DNA from: a virus
Length of the DNA stretch: 64,000 nt
IMG/VR virus record: IMGVR_UViG_3300027770_000029
Reading direction: 5' to 3' (one strand)
In this document: positions 19,116 through 29,084 of the stretch, one piece after another
How the letters are laid out: each line of letters begins with the position of its first letter
Numbering within the stretch: the stretch's first letter is position 1
Translations under genes and position numbers: made by a program
Notes under the pieces: model-generated
Told to the model about the DNA's origin: nothing
The model's input: the letters and a program-made list of their open reading frames with translations, nothing else
Databases searched by the model: none

Positions 19116-19346
19116 ATGACTGTTTCGGAACTGATCAAGGCTCTTCAGGCTCTCCCCCAGGACATGGAGATCCAGGTGATCAACGAGGACCGTCAGGATC
19201 CCGTCGACATCGTCACCGTCTCCCGGGGGTCCTGGTCGGACGACCTCGACGCTGATGACATCGAGCCCGACTACGAGGCACTGGTCGACCCCGAGTTCGT
19301 CCAGGACGATGAGACCGGCAAGATCGCCGTGCTGGTCACCTGGTAA
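19116..19346 (+). CDS. Acidic protein (MTVSELIKALQALPQD family)
   Basis: Promoter 19067 plus SD. Confidence 0.75.
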   Translation: MTVSELIKALQALPQDMEIQVINEDRQDPVDIVTVSRGSWSDDLDADDIEPDYEALVDPEFVQDDETGKIAVLVTW

Positions 19347-19493
19347 ACGGTGCAAGGGGCTCGAGACCATGGTATATTGGTCTCATGGTGGCGGCCGGCC
19401 ACCGGGGTTCAAACCCCCACCAAACCGGCCCACCGGAAACGGTGCAAGGCAAACCAAACCGTGGTATAGTCTAACAGTAAGGAGGAGGAACAA

Positions 19494-19994
19494 ATGAGCA
19501 ACGAAACCATCAACACCCCGACCGACAGCATCTTCAACGACCTGGAGACCATCATGGACACCGAAATCCCCGCCACCCTCATCGACCACCTCAACTACGA
19601 GACCCCCATCACGGTCAACGCCCTGGCCAAGCTCGCCGGGCTCTCCCAGACCGCCCTCACCCTCCAGCTCGTCGAGCTCGGTGGGCGGGTCGGTGTCAAG
19701 GACGGTGGCCTGGTCCGCCTCCCCGAGCCCGAGCCGGTCACCGAGAAGGCCAAGGCGGTCGGTCCTCGTGGACCCACGGCCAAGGTGGCTCCGCGACTGG
19801 AGGCCTGCCGTGAGACCCTCCTGGCCCTCATCGAGGCCGGCCCGGTCACCGCGATCGACCTCCTGAAGGTCGCCGAGGACCGGTTCATCTACACCGACAT
19901 CCTCCTCGTGGCCCGTACCCTCCTCGCGGATGGGGCCATCGTGGAAACCCGGAAGGGTCGCAAGGCCTCGTGGGCCAAGCCCTCGGAGGAGTGA
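19494..19994 (+). CDS. Winged-helix family paralog 1 (PRGPTAKV...YTDILLVA...RKGRKA)
   Basis: Shared motif with four other copies. Confidence 0.8.
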   Translation: MSNETINTPTDSIFNDLETIMDTEIPATLIDHLNYETPITVNALAKLAGLSQTALTLQLVELGGRVGVKDGGLVRLPEPEPVTEKAKAVGPRGPTAKVAPRLEACRETLLALIEAGPVTAIDLLKVAEDRFIYTDILLVARTLLADGAIVETRKGRKASWAKPSEE

Positions 19995-20096
19995 GGGTCC
20001 TCGAGGGGTGGGGGTGCCCTCGGCCCCTGCCCCTTGCGGGATTCGTGCAATGGCCGGTGGTCCGTGGTATAACTGTATCATCAGGAGGGCGGAGGA

Positions 20097-20384
20097 ATGA
20101 GCAACATGAGCAACAACGTGCCGCCGTCCCGTGCCACCACCGCCGCCCCCACCCGCGCCGCCGCCCTCCGCCGCGCCGGCCTCTCCTCCCTCCGCACCGG
20201 GGCCACCGTGACCGGCTCCTACCTCGGCAACGAGGTCTCCGGGACGCTCCGCGCCGTCCGCCCCGGGACGCACTGGAACGCGGAGCGGGCCGCCTACTCC
20301 GAGCAGGTCTGGTTCGCCCACGTCGCCACCGCGGACGGCGGGCTGAAGCTGGCCCTGCTCGACACCGTGAAGGTGCTCGCGTGA
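20097..20384 (+). CDS. Hypothetical protein
   Basis: Promoter 20045 plus SD. Confidence 0.7.
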   Translation: MSNMSNNVPPSRATTAAPTRAAALRRAGLSSLRTGATVTGSYLGNEVSGTLRAVRPGTHWNAERAAYSEQVWFAHVATADGGLKLALLDTVKVLA

Positions 20385-20582
20385 GCGGCGCCTACGTCGA
20401 GTGGGACGTGACCGCGCGGCGGGGCGGGGATGGAGATCGCGGTCTTCATATGTGTGCTCCCGTGGGCCACCGTCGCCGTCGGGCTCCTTATGGCCCTTGT
20501 GACCCTTGTGACATAACATCCCAGCAGGTTCCCATGCAACCCCCAGGCCACCATGGTATAACTGTATCATCAGGAGGGCAAC

Positions 20583-21032
20583 ATGGCTACGGACTACAAC
20601 CACACTGAGTACGGTCACCGCTGGGCACTCGCCACCGAGGTCAAGATGGCCGTCATGGGGATGGGGTTCAGTCCCAAGGCGATCCCCGGGACCGCCGAGC
20701 TCGTCCTCGCTCGGAGCTCGGCGCGCCTTCGTGGTGTCGAGGTCCTGGTGTACACGACGATCGTCGGTGAGGCCGTCCGCCCGATGGGCGTGGATGCCAT
20801 CCGAGTCTGCGCGGTCCTCAACACCTCCGACGGTCGGAGCCGCGGTATCCTCAAGGAGCGCAAGGTTCTCCGCACCGGTGAGATCACCGAGATCCCGGTC
20901 CGCGTGACCGACCGCGTCAAGGACATCGTTGATGAGCTCAACGAACTCCCTCACTGCAATGGCTGCGGTGCTCCGGGGCTCATCTCCAAGAAGGGCAACC
21001 TCTACTGCGCGGATGCCTGCTGGACCCGCTGA
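20583..21032 (+). CDS. Hypothetical protein with C-terminal Zn finger (CNGC...CADAC)
   Basis: Promoter 20534 plus SD. Confidence 0.75.
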   Translation: MATDYNHTEYGHRWALATEVKMAVMGMGFSPKAIPGTAELVLARSSARLRGVEVLVYTTIVGEAVRPMGVDAIRVCAVLNTSDGRSRGILKERKVLRTGEITEIPVRVTDRVKDIVDELNELPHCNGCGAPGLISKKGNLYCADACWTR

Positions 21033-21089
21033 CGGGTCCGGTGCAACCGGCCGGAGGTCGTGGTATAACTGAACCATAAGGAGGAAGCA

Positions 21090-21434
21090 ATGGAGATCAT
21101 CACACTCACCCGGGTCGAGGACCCCACCACCAGCCGCTGGATGACGGCGATCAGCACCGACTACAGCGTTCCCAGGGACGCCACGGTCTTCGCCGGCTGG
21201 GACAACGGGGGGAACGGCGAGCGAATCGCGATCTGGGTCGGCAAGGACGGAGGTGGCTTCGGCGCGATCGACGGTGACCCCGAGGGCTACGTGGAGCTCA
21301 GCGCAGCGCTGGCACGTGGTGACACGGGCTTCGCGTCAAACCACCCAGGCGTTGATGAGTACGAGTTCGAGCCCGGAGAGTTCGACCCGACGGCGAAGAC
21401 CCTCGAGCTCAAGGTGAGGCCCAGCTTCTTCTAG
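21090..21434 (+). CDS. Hypothetical protein
   Basis: Promoter 21041 plus SD. Confidence 0.7.
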   Translation: MEIITLTRVEDPTTSRWMTAISTDYSVPRDATVFAGWDNGGNGERIAIWVGKDGGGFGAIDGDPEGYVELSAALARGDTGFASNHPGVDEYEFEPGEFDPTAKTLELKVRPSFF

Positions 21435-21517
21435 TCGCTCCTGTGCAACGGTCGGTCAGGTGTGGTATATTGATCTCACAACGGGGATGGTGATGGACAC
21501 CATCCAAGGAGGAAGGA

Positions 21518-21811
21518 ATGAGCCCCTACATGGCGACCAAGCAGATCATCAAGCGCTTCTCCGAGGAGCACGACCTCGGCCTCGACGTCAGCAAGCACGT
21601 CTTCCGTGGGGGTGAGGACCCGGGCGGCTGGTCCCGGAAGGAGTCTCTCGTGTGCATCATCCACGAGGGCACGGACATCCCCAACGAGTACAACCACCGC
21701 GACCCCCTCGGCTGGTGGGTTCGGCTCGGGGACGAGGTGAGCGCGCTGAGCGGCAAGAAGGTCTACTTCGAGTGGATCAACAGCTGCGTGGCGGCGGCCT
21801 ACCCCGCCTGA
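21518..21811 (+). CDS. Hypothetical protein
   Basis: Promoter 21443 plus SD. Confidence 0.7.
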   Translation: MSPYMATKQIIKRFSEEHDLGLDVSKHVFRGGEDPGGWSRKESLVCIIHEGTDIPNEYNHRDPLGWWVRLGDEVSALSGKKVYFEWINSCVAAAYPA

Positions 21812-21864
21812 ACGGTGCAACCGTCCCCAGTCCGCGGTATAACTAACCATCAAGTGGAGGAAGC

Positions 21865-22170
21865 ATGGTCAAGAAGGGTGATATCGTTCAGTTCCACGCG
21901 ACGACGGAAACCTGGGGCATCTTCGACTGGGAGCTCGAGGGGGCGGATGCCGAGTACATGGAGCTCATCGAGCACCTCGACGGGGAGCTCGCGACCGTGA
22001 CGGGGGTCTCGGTCGATCACCTCGGGGAGCCCCTCTACGTTGATCTCTGCTTCGACGGGCTCCACAACCTCTACGCGATCTCGATCGTCCACATCGAGCC
22101 CATGCCGGGGGTCCTCCTCTTCCGGAAGCCCATACCGGGGGTCCTCCTCTTCCGGAAGAAGGCCGGCTGA
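21865..22170 (+). CDS. SH3-like protein (KKGDIVQF) with duplicated C-terminal decapeptide
   Basis: Promoter 21815. Confidence 0.7.
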   Translation: MVKKGDIVQFHATTETWGIFDWELEGADAEYMELIEHLDGELATVTGVSVDHLGEPLYVDLCFDGLHNLYAISIVHIEPMPGVLLFRKPIPGVLLFRKKAG

Positions 22171-22223
22171 AGCGTGCAACCGTCCCGTCGCCGTGGTATA
22201 ACTAACCATCAAGTGGAGGAAGC

Positions 22224-22451
22224 ATGGTCAAGAAGCTTGCAAAGTTCGGGTGTTACGTCACGCGGTGGAAGGAAGGAAAGGTCTACGAGTCCTGGACGGA
22301 GCACGTTGCCTTCCGCGCTGACCCGGCCCTGGAGCACACCGACACGGCCTGGGACACAGCCAAGGAGGCTGCGGGGAAGAAGTGGAAGCAGACGGCGAAG
22401 AGTGGCTGGGAGGTCACCGAGCTCTGGATGGAGCCGCCCTCCCGCTGGTGA
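22224..22451 (+). CDS. Hypothetical protein (MVKK start shared with 21865)
   Basis: Promoter 22174. Confidence 0.7.
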   Translation: MVKKLAKFGCYVTRWKEGKVYESWTEHVAFRADPALEHTDTAWDTAKEAAGKKWKQTAKSGWEVTELWMEPPSRW

Positions 22452-22504
22452 ACCCGTGCAACGGTCCCGGGTCCGTGGTATACTGGATTCATAAGGAGGA
22501 CGGA

Positions 22505-22684
22505 GTGAACTGGAAGCGAATCGAGCAGGAGTTCGAGCGGATCGACGACGCCACGTACGGACTCGCTGAGTTCGCGGTGATCGGCGGGGTGGGAGCGCCC
22601 CTCGTGATCGGCCTCTACTGCGTCCTCTCCGCCATCCTCTACGGGTATCTCCAACTCTTCACCCTCGCGACAGGAGCGTTCTGA
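22505..22684 (+). CDS. Small membrane protein
   Basis: Promoter 22456, hydrophobic segment. Confidence 0.6.
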   Translation: MNWKRIEQEFERIDDATYGLAEFAVIGGVGAPLVIGLYCVLSAILYGYLQLFTLATGAF

Positions 22685-22968
22685 TGCGCAGCTCTTTCCT
22701 TGACGATCCCAACTTTCCCTTCGTCTTCACCGGTTTGCTGATCGGCATGCCCCTCATCGCTGTCATCATCGGGGCGTGCACGCAGCCCAGCACCCCCGAG
22801 GAACGGGCTGAAGCCACACAGGCATACTCCGAGGACATCATCCACAACTCGGTCACCTTCACCCCACGTAGCGGGATCGAGTGCGTCGTCGTCCGCGGCT
22901 ACAGCTCGGCGAACCCCAGGGTGATGAGCTGCTACCCGGTCCCAGGGCCTGTCGAGTCGAACCCATGA
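22684..22968 (+). CDS. Membrane or lipoprotein-like protein
   Basis: Hydrophobic segment then IGAC. Confidence 0.6.
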   Translation: MRSSFLDDPNFPFVFTGLLIGMPLIAVIIGACTQPSTPEERAEATQAYSEDIIHNSVTFTPRSGIECVVVRGYSSANPRVMSCYPVPGPVESNP

Positions 22969-23020
22969 GCCCGTGCAACGGCGGCTGGACCGTGGTATAT
23001 TGGATTCATAAGGAGGGCAG

Positions 23021-23374
23021 ATGAAGAGCAACACGATCCCGAGCTTCAGCAAGGGTGACCTCGTCAAGCCGCGGGGACCTGGTGTCAATGCCTGGCGCCG
23101 GCTCACGAACGAGGAGCGGAACGCCTGGTACGCCGAGTTCTACCGACTCTGGGGCGAGGGCAAGGAGGTCCCCTACGACTCCGGAGGCGAGTCTCGGCTC
23201 GCTCCCAATGACACCTACACCCACCTCTCCCCGGACGTGGTGCTCACTGTCATCCGCGCCAGGGTCTCGGCTCCTGAGGGGTACGGTTCCCAGAAGGGGT
23301 GCTGCCAGGTCTTCGACCCCTCGAGCGGCCAGACCCTCTACGTCTACCGCGGGTCTCTCACCACCACCTGGTGA
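23021..23374 (+). CDS. SH3-like protein (KGDLVKP)
   Basis: Promoter 22973 plus SD. Confidence 0.7.
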   Translation: MKSNTIPSFSKGDLVKPRGPGVNAWRRLTNEERNAWYAEFYRLWGEGKEVPYDSGGESRLAPNDTYTHLSPDVVLTVIRARVSAPEGYGSQKGCCQVFDPSSGQTLYVYRGSLTTTW

Positions 23375-23429
23375 AACGGTGCAACGGTCCATCCGGCCTG
23401 GTATATTGGATTCATAAGGAGGGAAGAAC

Positions 23430-23678
23430 ATGGCAAGCGAAAACCGAATCACGAAGTCCCGCTACGACGAGGTGATGTGGTCCCGGGTCTGTCCTGGGTG
23501 CGGCGAGTACAAGGTTGTCGACGTCGTTCGCCGGAGCAAGGATGATGTCATGAGCCCGGGCAAGTTCCTCGGAAGCTTCCACCAGTGCGGTGGGCCCATG
23601 GGATCGAAGTGCTGGCACATGACGAAGTACGAAGCCACCAAGCCCAACAAGGCTCTCTACGAGAACGGTCGCCGTTAG
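23430..23678 (+). CDS. Zn-ribbon protein (CPGC...C..CWH)
   Basis: Promoter 23379 plus SD. Confidence 0.7.
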   Translation: MASENRITKSRYDEVMWSRVCPGCGEYKVVDVVRRSKDDVMSPGKFLGSFHQCGGPMGSKCWHMTKYEATKPNKALYENGRR

Positions 23679-23714
23679 AATCATCAAGGACTCTCAAAGG
23701 ACAAGGAGGTTCAC

Positions 23715-23999
23715 ATGTCTCTCAGCTTCTCCGCTCAGGTCGAGTGCAACTGCGAGGGCTGCGGCCACAGCGCTTCCCACGGCTTCTTCATCTGCGCCGA
23801 TACCGACCCCGACACCGAGACGTTCCTCTGCACCGGCTGTGCCCAGCGGGACCTTCCCTGCCGCGAGCTTGAGGACGCGATCGAGGATCACCGCCAGGTC
23901 TGCTTCGACCGGATCGAGGCGGCGGAGGCCGAGATGGAATGCTGCGACGAGGTCATCACCGGCTGGTTGGACTACTGCGAGGAGGAGATCGCGTGCTGA
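23715..23999 (+). CDS. Cys-rich acidic protein
   Basis: SD GGAGG, several CxxC pairs. Confidence 0.7.
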   Translation: MSLSFSAQVECNCEGCGHSASHGFFICADTDPDTETFLCTGCAQRDLPCRELEDAIEDHRQVCFDRIEAAEAEMECCDEVITGWLDYCEEEIAC

Positions 24000-24200
24000 T
24001 CGTCCTGCTGATCCTGAGCGTCGCTGGGACGGGCTTCTGCATCTGGGCTGAAGCCCATCCTCCCCGGTCACCGCAACCCGTCCCGGTCCAGACCCCAACA
24101 CCTGTTACGGTTGTGATTGATGACGATGATGGTGATCCCCCGACAGTTGTGCAAATCAAGCGTGGGTAGGGTATAGTAACAAGGTAGGAAGGAGGAAGCA

Positions 24201-24416
24201 ATGGCAAGCGACCCACGGTTCGAGATCCCACCGGCCCTCCGGAGCATGGGCATCTTCGGCGGGCTCATCATGATCGCGCTCGGTCTCATCATCGGCTGGC
24301 AGAAGAGCGGATCCCAGACGGAGCTTCCCCAGACGGGCTTCAAGGTTCCCCCCAAGGAACCCGGGCTCCTCGAGCGGCTCGCCCAAGCGGTCCTCGACGG
24401 AGGGAAGAAGACCTGA
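24201..24416 (+). CDS. Small membrane protein
   Basis: Promoter 24149, one TM segment. Confidence 0.65.
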   Translation: MASDPRFEIPPALRSMGIFGGLIMIALGLIIGWQKSGSQTELPQTGFKVPPKEPGLLERLAQAVLDGGKKT

Positions 24417-24991
24417 TGAAGTGGGCAACGTCCGACCATCACTGGGGTCACTGGCGCCTCAACACGACCTACTGCCGTGACTCCAGGGGCTTCCCCTCCG
24501 TCGAGGAGATGAACGCCCAGCTCATCGCCCGCTGGAACGAGTCGATCGCACCCGACGACGAGGTCTTCCTGGTGGGCGATGTGTTCGTCAGCCGTCGGAT
24601 GACCCTCGATGAGAAGGTCGGGATCCTCAGGATGCTCAACGGGAAGAAGACACTCATCCGTGGCAACCACGATGATGATCTCACGCCTTTCGAGCTCGCA
24701 GGATTCGAGTCAATCGTCGACCACATCTGGATGCCGGAGGAGCGGATCCTCATCATCCACAAGGGACCGGATCCCCGATACGCACCCGAGGAGCTCGCCC
24801 TTCAGAAGGAGCTCGGTGCCCTCCTGACGGTGCACGGGCATGATCACCGTCACGACACCCCGGACAACCCTGGCTGCCTCAACGTCTGCGTTGATCGCTG
24901 GGACCTCCGTCCTGTGCCCTGGGCAAGGGTCGAAGAGAGGCTCACCAGCATGCACGGGATCACTCCAGATTCACTCCACAGGATGGAATAG
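24416..24991 (+). CDS. Calcineurin-like metallophosphoesterase
   Basis: SDHHWGH, VGD, GNHD, HGHDH; NVCVDRW phage-type C-terminus. Confidence 0.9.
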   Translation: MKWATSDHHWGHWRLNTTYCRDSRGFPSVEEMNAQLIARWNESIAPDDEVFLVGDVFVSRRMTLDEKVGILRMLNGKKTLIRGNHDDDLTPFELAGFESIVDHIWMPEERILIIHKGPDPRYAPEELALQKELGALLTVHGHDHRHDTPDNPGCLNVCVDRWDLRPVPWARVEERLTSMHGITPDSLHRME

Positions 24992-24998
24992 GTTACCA

Positions 24999-25307
24999 AT
25001 GGCCAAACAGGATAAGGGGCAGGAGGGGGCACGAGGGAGCACCCCGCGGTGGCGCCCACCGGCGGCGGAGGATATCAACCCAGGGGACGTCCTCCAGTAC
25101 TTCTCGATCGACACCCGGTTCACCTTCAGGGTGCTCTCACTCCAGCACGGTGGGGAGTGGATCTTCGGACAGGACACACGTGACTCCGCCGAATCGAAGG
25201 TGGGTCCGATTGCCGTGAAGAGGACGGACTGCATGACCCTCTCCCAGGCGAACACCGTCCTCCGTGACTTCCCACTCTTCCAGATTGACGGACCGGAGGG
25301 GGAGTAA
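24999..25307 (+). CDS. Hypothetical protein (NPGDVLQY, SH3-like)
   Basis: In frame with track ORF 24840..25307. Confidence 0.55.
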   Translation: MAKQDKGQEGARGSTPRWRPPAAEDINPGDVLQYFSIDTRFTFRVLSLQHGGEWIFGQDTRDSAESKVGPIAVKRTDCMTLSQANTVLRDFPLFQIDGPEGE

Positions 25308-25407
25308 GTGTGACAGCGATGTCACGGATGCGTGCGAGCGCCCCCGTATACGGGCACCCGTGCAAAGGCCCCCGCGGGGGTGTATAGTATACACATAAGG
25401 AGCGCAA

Positions 25408-25725
25408 ATGATTCCCATTCCCGTCGCGATCTGGACCGCCTGCAACGCCTACATCTGCATCACCTCAGGAATGAGGTTCCATGAGAACAAGGTGGGCTTC
25501 GCTCTCGCTCTTGGAACGTCCGCCCTCTCCTGTGGTCTCCTCTCTGGGGGCGCCCACTCCCAGTGGCTGGCGATGGAGATCACCGTCTGGATCTTCCAGA
25601 TGCTCCTCGTCCTCCTTGCCCTGGGACTCCGACCCCCGGGAACAACGAGCAGGGACATCAACTCAATCGCCACCTGGGCTTCGATCCGACTCGTAGGAGC
25701 GACGGTCACCTGGCTCTGTCTTTGA
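25408..25725 (+). CDS. Multi-TM membrane protein
   Basis: Promoter 25360, hydrophobic. Confidence 0.65.
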   Translation: MIPIPVAIWTACNAYICITSGMRFHENKVGFALALGTSALSCGLLSGGAHSQWLAMEITVWIFQMLLVLLALGLRPPGTTSRDINSIATWASIRLVGATVTWLCL

Positions 25726-25744
25726 GCGCCATAGTTAGGATTGC

Positions 25745-25924
25745 ATGAGAACAGCAGCATTCGAAATCGCAGTTCAGAAGTTCCTCGACGCCCTCCTGGA
25801 GGGTGAGAGTATCGAGGCAGTCTGGGAGGAGCTCGCGGAGCTCCATGGCATCAACGGGGCGGATCTTCAGAGGGCCCTCCAGAGGGCGGAGATCCTCGAA
25901 GCGGAGTCCGAGGACGGCGTGTAG
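25745..25924 (+). CDS. 59-aa acidic protein preceded by ATAGTTA late motif
   Basis: Manual translation MRTAAFEIAVQKFLDALLEG... Confidence 0.55.
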   Translation: MRTAAFEIAVQKFLDALLEGESIEAVWEELAELHGINGADLQRALQRAEILEAESEDGV

Positions 25925-26272
25925 AATCATGCAACCCCCTCGGTGTTGTGGTATAGTGTATTCACAACGGAGGACGGAATGAGCACAGCAGCAGGCCTCA
26001 TCGCAGTGGCCCTCATCGCAGTCATCGGCTTCATCATCTCGGCCGAGATCGCCGAGCTCTGGGACGAGTGGGTGATCTCCAGGACCCGGGTCCTCACGGA
26101 AGAGGACGAGGACTGAGACGAAACCTGTGCAAGCCAGTTCAAACCATGGTATGATGTATTCATGGTGAGGGAAGGAAACATCGCGGCAAACCCAGGCCGG
26201 CCGGCAAAGGCGGTTTGGGAAAGCGTGCAAGGCCACCCAAACCATGGTATAACTAATCATCAAGGAGGCAGC

Positions 26273-26506
26273 ATGGTCAAGCAAGGCGCAAACATCGAGT
26301 TCATCTGCACCTACCTCTTCAACAACCCCGGTGCAAAGCCGGCCCAGGTTCGCCGAGCCCTGTGCTCGGAGCGCGGAATCGATGCAACGAAGCGGACGGG
26401 GTACTATGCCTGCTACTTCTACACTCTCCGATTCAAGCACCTGTTCACCCAGCGGGATGGGGGATTCTACCTCACCCAGCGCGGCCTTGCACGGGTTCGG
26501 GCCTAA
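26273..26506 (+). CDS. Winged-helix-like protein (LFNNPGAK)
   Basis: Tandem promoters 26127/26225. Confidence 0.65.
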   Translation: MVKQGANIEFICTYLFNNPGAKPAQVRRALCSERGIDATKRTGYYACYFYTLRFKHLFTQRDGGFYLTQRGLARVRA

Positions 26507-26675
26507 ACCCGGCCGGCCGGGTTTCCGTGCAAGCCGGTCCAAACCATGGTATAGTATATTCATGGTGAGGGAAGGCAAACACGGAATCCCGGCGGTCGGA
26601 AAGGCCGGTTTGGAAACGGTGCAAGGCCACCCAAACCATGGTAAGATAATCTCACCAACCAAGGAAGGAGTCAAC

Positions 26676-27074
26676 ATGGAAACCACCCTCAACGGAGCCA
26701 GCATGGAAACTATCCTCAACGCCGAAACCCTCCTCAGCCTGCCCCTCGAGGCCCTCCAGTCCACCCTCCTCTCGGTCCTGGCCGGTAACCTCAAGGCCAA
26801 GGATGGGGTCCTGGTGCCCTCCGAGAAGGCCCCCACCGGTCCTCGTGGACCCACGGCCAAGGTCGCTCCGCGACTCGAAGCATGCAAGGCCGCGTTCATC
26901 GAGATGGCCGGTCGCCCCGAGGGTGTCACGGCGAAGGAACTTCTCACGGCCGGTGGGGATTCCTACGTGTACACTGACATCCTCCTGGTTGCACGGAATC
27001 TCACGGAGTCCGGCACCATCACGGAATCTCGGAAGGGCCGCAAGGCAACCTGGAATCTTACCACCTCTGAGTGA
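26676..27074 (+). CDS. Winged-helix family paralog 2
   Basis: PRGPTAKVAPRLEAC...YTDILLVA...ESRKGRKATW. Confidence 0.8.
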   Translation: METTLNGASMETILNAETLLSLPLEALQSTLLSVLAGNLKAKDGVLVPSEKAPTGPRGPTAKVAPRLEACKAAFIEMAGRPEGVTAKELLTAGGDSYVYTDILLVARNLTESGTITESRKGRKATWNLTTSE

Positions 27075-27168
27075 GGTTTGCACCGGTCCCCGGGGGTTTC
27101 GGCCCCTGGGGATTCCGTGCAAGGGGCTGGCGGTCGTGGTATAACTGGATCATCAAGAGGGAGTTCAC

Positions 27169-27405
27169 ATGGGTTACGTCAAGGACATCTACATCGAAGC
27201 CGCCGATGAGCTCGCTTTCCAGGCCGGGGTCGGGAACTTCGGGACCCTCCTGACCATCCACGAGTTCCTGGAGGGCAAGGTCACCACCACGGGTGGGATC
27301 CTCCCCAAGGACATCGAGGCCACCCTCCTGGAGGCTCCGGATATGTTCCTGGAGTCCTGGGTGGGGATCCTCCGGGATCTGGTGGAGGATCGAGCCGGGG
27401 CCTGA
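27169..27405 (+). CDS. Hypothetical protein
   Basis: Promoter 27117. Confidence 0.7.
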   Translation: MGYVKDIYIEAADELAFQAGVGNFGTLLTIHEFLEGKVTTTGGILPKDIEATLLEAPDMFLESWVGILRDLVEDRAGA

Positions 27406-27644
27406 CGGCAGGCATGCAACCGATGAGGGACCGTGGTATAACTTAACCATCAAGGAGGCAACATGATCAACCGGATTCTGGACGCCCTCAGCGTCGTCCT
27501 CTTCTTCGCGATGGTCCCTCTGCTGCCGGTCACATGGCTCGCGATGTACATCATCATGGAGAAGCTCGGTCTCATCGGACTCTGACGGAAACCGTGCAAC
27601 CCCGCCCCAACCATGGTATAACTAAACCATAAAGAGGAGGTCAA

Positions 27645-27893
27645 ATGTTCCAGCTCACGATCCATCACAGCGAGGAAGAGTGCTTTGAGACCATCGGCGA
27701 GGCCCTTGCCCGTCTCAATCGTCATGGTCTCAAGGTGGTCGAGAACACCTACAACCCCAAGTGTGATGAGCACACCCTCCTCCTCCAAGGGACCCAGGAG
27801 CAGTTCCTCGAGTGGAACGACGAGTGCTCGGAGGGTGGACCGTCCATCGACGTGGAGGAGTTCCTGGCGGAGCTCATCTCGGTGGCGGCTTAG
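27645..27893 (+). CDS. Acidic hypothetical protein
   Basis: Promoter 27594 plus SD. Confidence 0.7.
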   Translation: MFQLTIHHSEEECFETIGEALARLNRHGLKVVENTYNPKCDEHTLLLQGTQEQFLEWNDECSEGGPSIDVEEFLAELISVAA

Positions 27894-28011
27894 GCCCTCC
27901 GGGCCCCCGGGGAAAGTGTGTCACCGATGACACACGCCCGTATACGGGGGCCCCCGCGGGGGTATGCAACGGGTCCGCACGCGTGGTATAACTCTTTCAT
28001 AAGGAGCGCAC

Positions 28012-28296
28012 ATGAGCAAGATTGAAGCCGCGGACCTCGCCCCCCTCCAGGAGAACTTCCAGGAACGCCTCTGGGCTTTCCAGGAATCCCTCTGCAAGGA
28101 GATCGTGGCTGGCCTCGAGGGACGGCAGATCCGGATCACCCGGAAGTTCAAGGGTCCCGGAGAGCTGTGGACCCTCCACGAGGTTGACGTGACGGTGGAG
28201 GACGCCCGGATCGGTTACGACGACGAGCTGGTCCTCATCGGGACCTACGCCCACCCCCACAACGGGAAGATCCAGCACGCTGAGGTGACCCCCTGA
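28012..28296 (+). CDS. Hypothetical protein
   Basis: Promoter 27964 plus SD. Confidence 0.7.
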   Translation: MSKIEAADLAPLQENFQERLWAFQESLCKEIVAGLEGRQIRITRKFKGPGELWTLHEVDVTVEDARIGYDDELVLIGTYAHPHNGKIQHAEVTP

Positions 28297-28349
28297 AACC
28301 GTGCAACCGATGGGGGACCGTGGTATAACTGAACCATCAAGGAGGCAGC

Positions 28350-28565
28350 ATGATCGATCCCCACACCCTCATCGGGAAGCAGGTGCCGGCGGCGGATGGC
28401 GGCGACTACGGCCACCTCGTCGTCGGGTTCCATGCGCCGTCCAACTACCTCGAGGTGGTCCCCATCCGGTGGTCGACGGGTGAGCCCCTGAACCCCAGCG
28501 GAGGGCCCCAGTTCATCGATGCATGGAAGGCGAGCTACCGGTACCAGCTCGACAAGGCCCGGTGA
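28350..28565 (+). CDS. Hypothetical protein
   Basis: Promoter 28301 plus SD. Confidence 0.7.
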   Translation: MIDPHTLIGKQVPAADGGDYGHLVVGFHAPSNYLEVVPIRWSTGEPLNPSGGPQFIDAWKASYRYQLDKAR

Positions 28566-28715
28566 ATCCGTGCAAGCCACCCGCCGGTATGGTATATTGA
28601 TCTCATGGTGGCGGAAGGAAACAACGGACGGCGGCCGGAAACGGCACAAACCGAAACGGTGCAAGCCCCCCGAAACCATGGTAGAATGATCTCACCAACC
28701 AAGGAAGGAGTCAAC

Positions 28716-29084
28716 ATGGAAGCCATCGACACCAACAGCATCACCTCCATGAACCTCGAGACCTGCCAGGCCACCCTCCTGGCCCTCCTGTCCGGGGACC
28801 TCAAGGTCAAGGATGGGGCCATCGTGGCCTACGAGAAGGCCCCCAGTGGGCCCCGTGGGCCCACGGCCAAGGTCCAACCCCGGTTGGAGGCCTGCCAGGC
28901 CAAGTTCCTGGAACTGTGCAACCGTCCGGAAGGGGTCACGGCCAAGGAACTCCTGGAGGGGGCCGGCGGCACCTTCCTCTACACCGACATCCTCCTCGTT
29001 GCACGGAACCTGACGGAGGCTGGAACCATCCAGGAGTCGCGGAAGGGTCGGAAGGCAACCTGGAATCTTACCACGGCAGAGTGA
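28716..29084 (+). CDS. Winged-helix family paralog 3
   Basis: Same motif; closest to 26676. Confidence 0.8.
   Translation: MEAIDTNSITSMNLETCQATLLALLSGDLKVKDGAIVAYEKAPSGPRGPTAKVQPRLEACQAKFLELCNRPEGVTAKELLEGAGGTFLYTDILLVARNLTEAGTIQESRKGRKATWNLTTAE

Noticed and set aside
22109-22160. 30-nt in-frame duplication (PMPGVLLFRK/PIPGVLLFRK)
   Set aside because: Real but only two copies; a simple local duplication.
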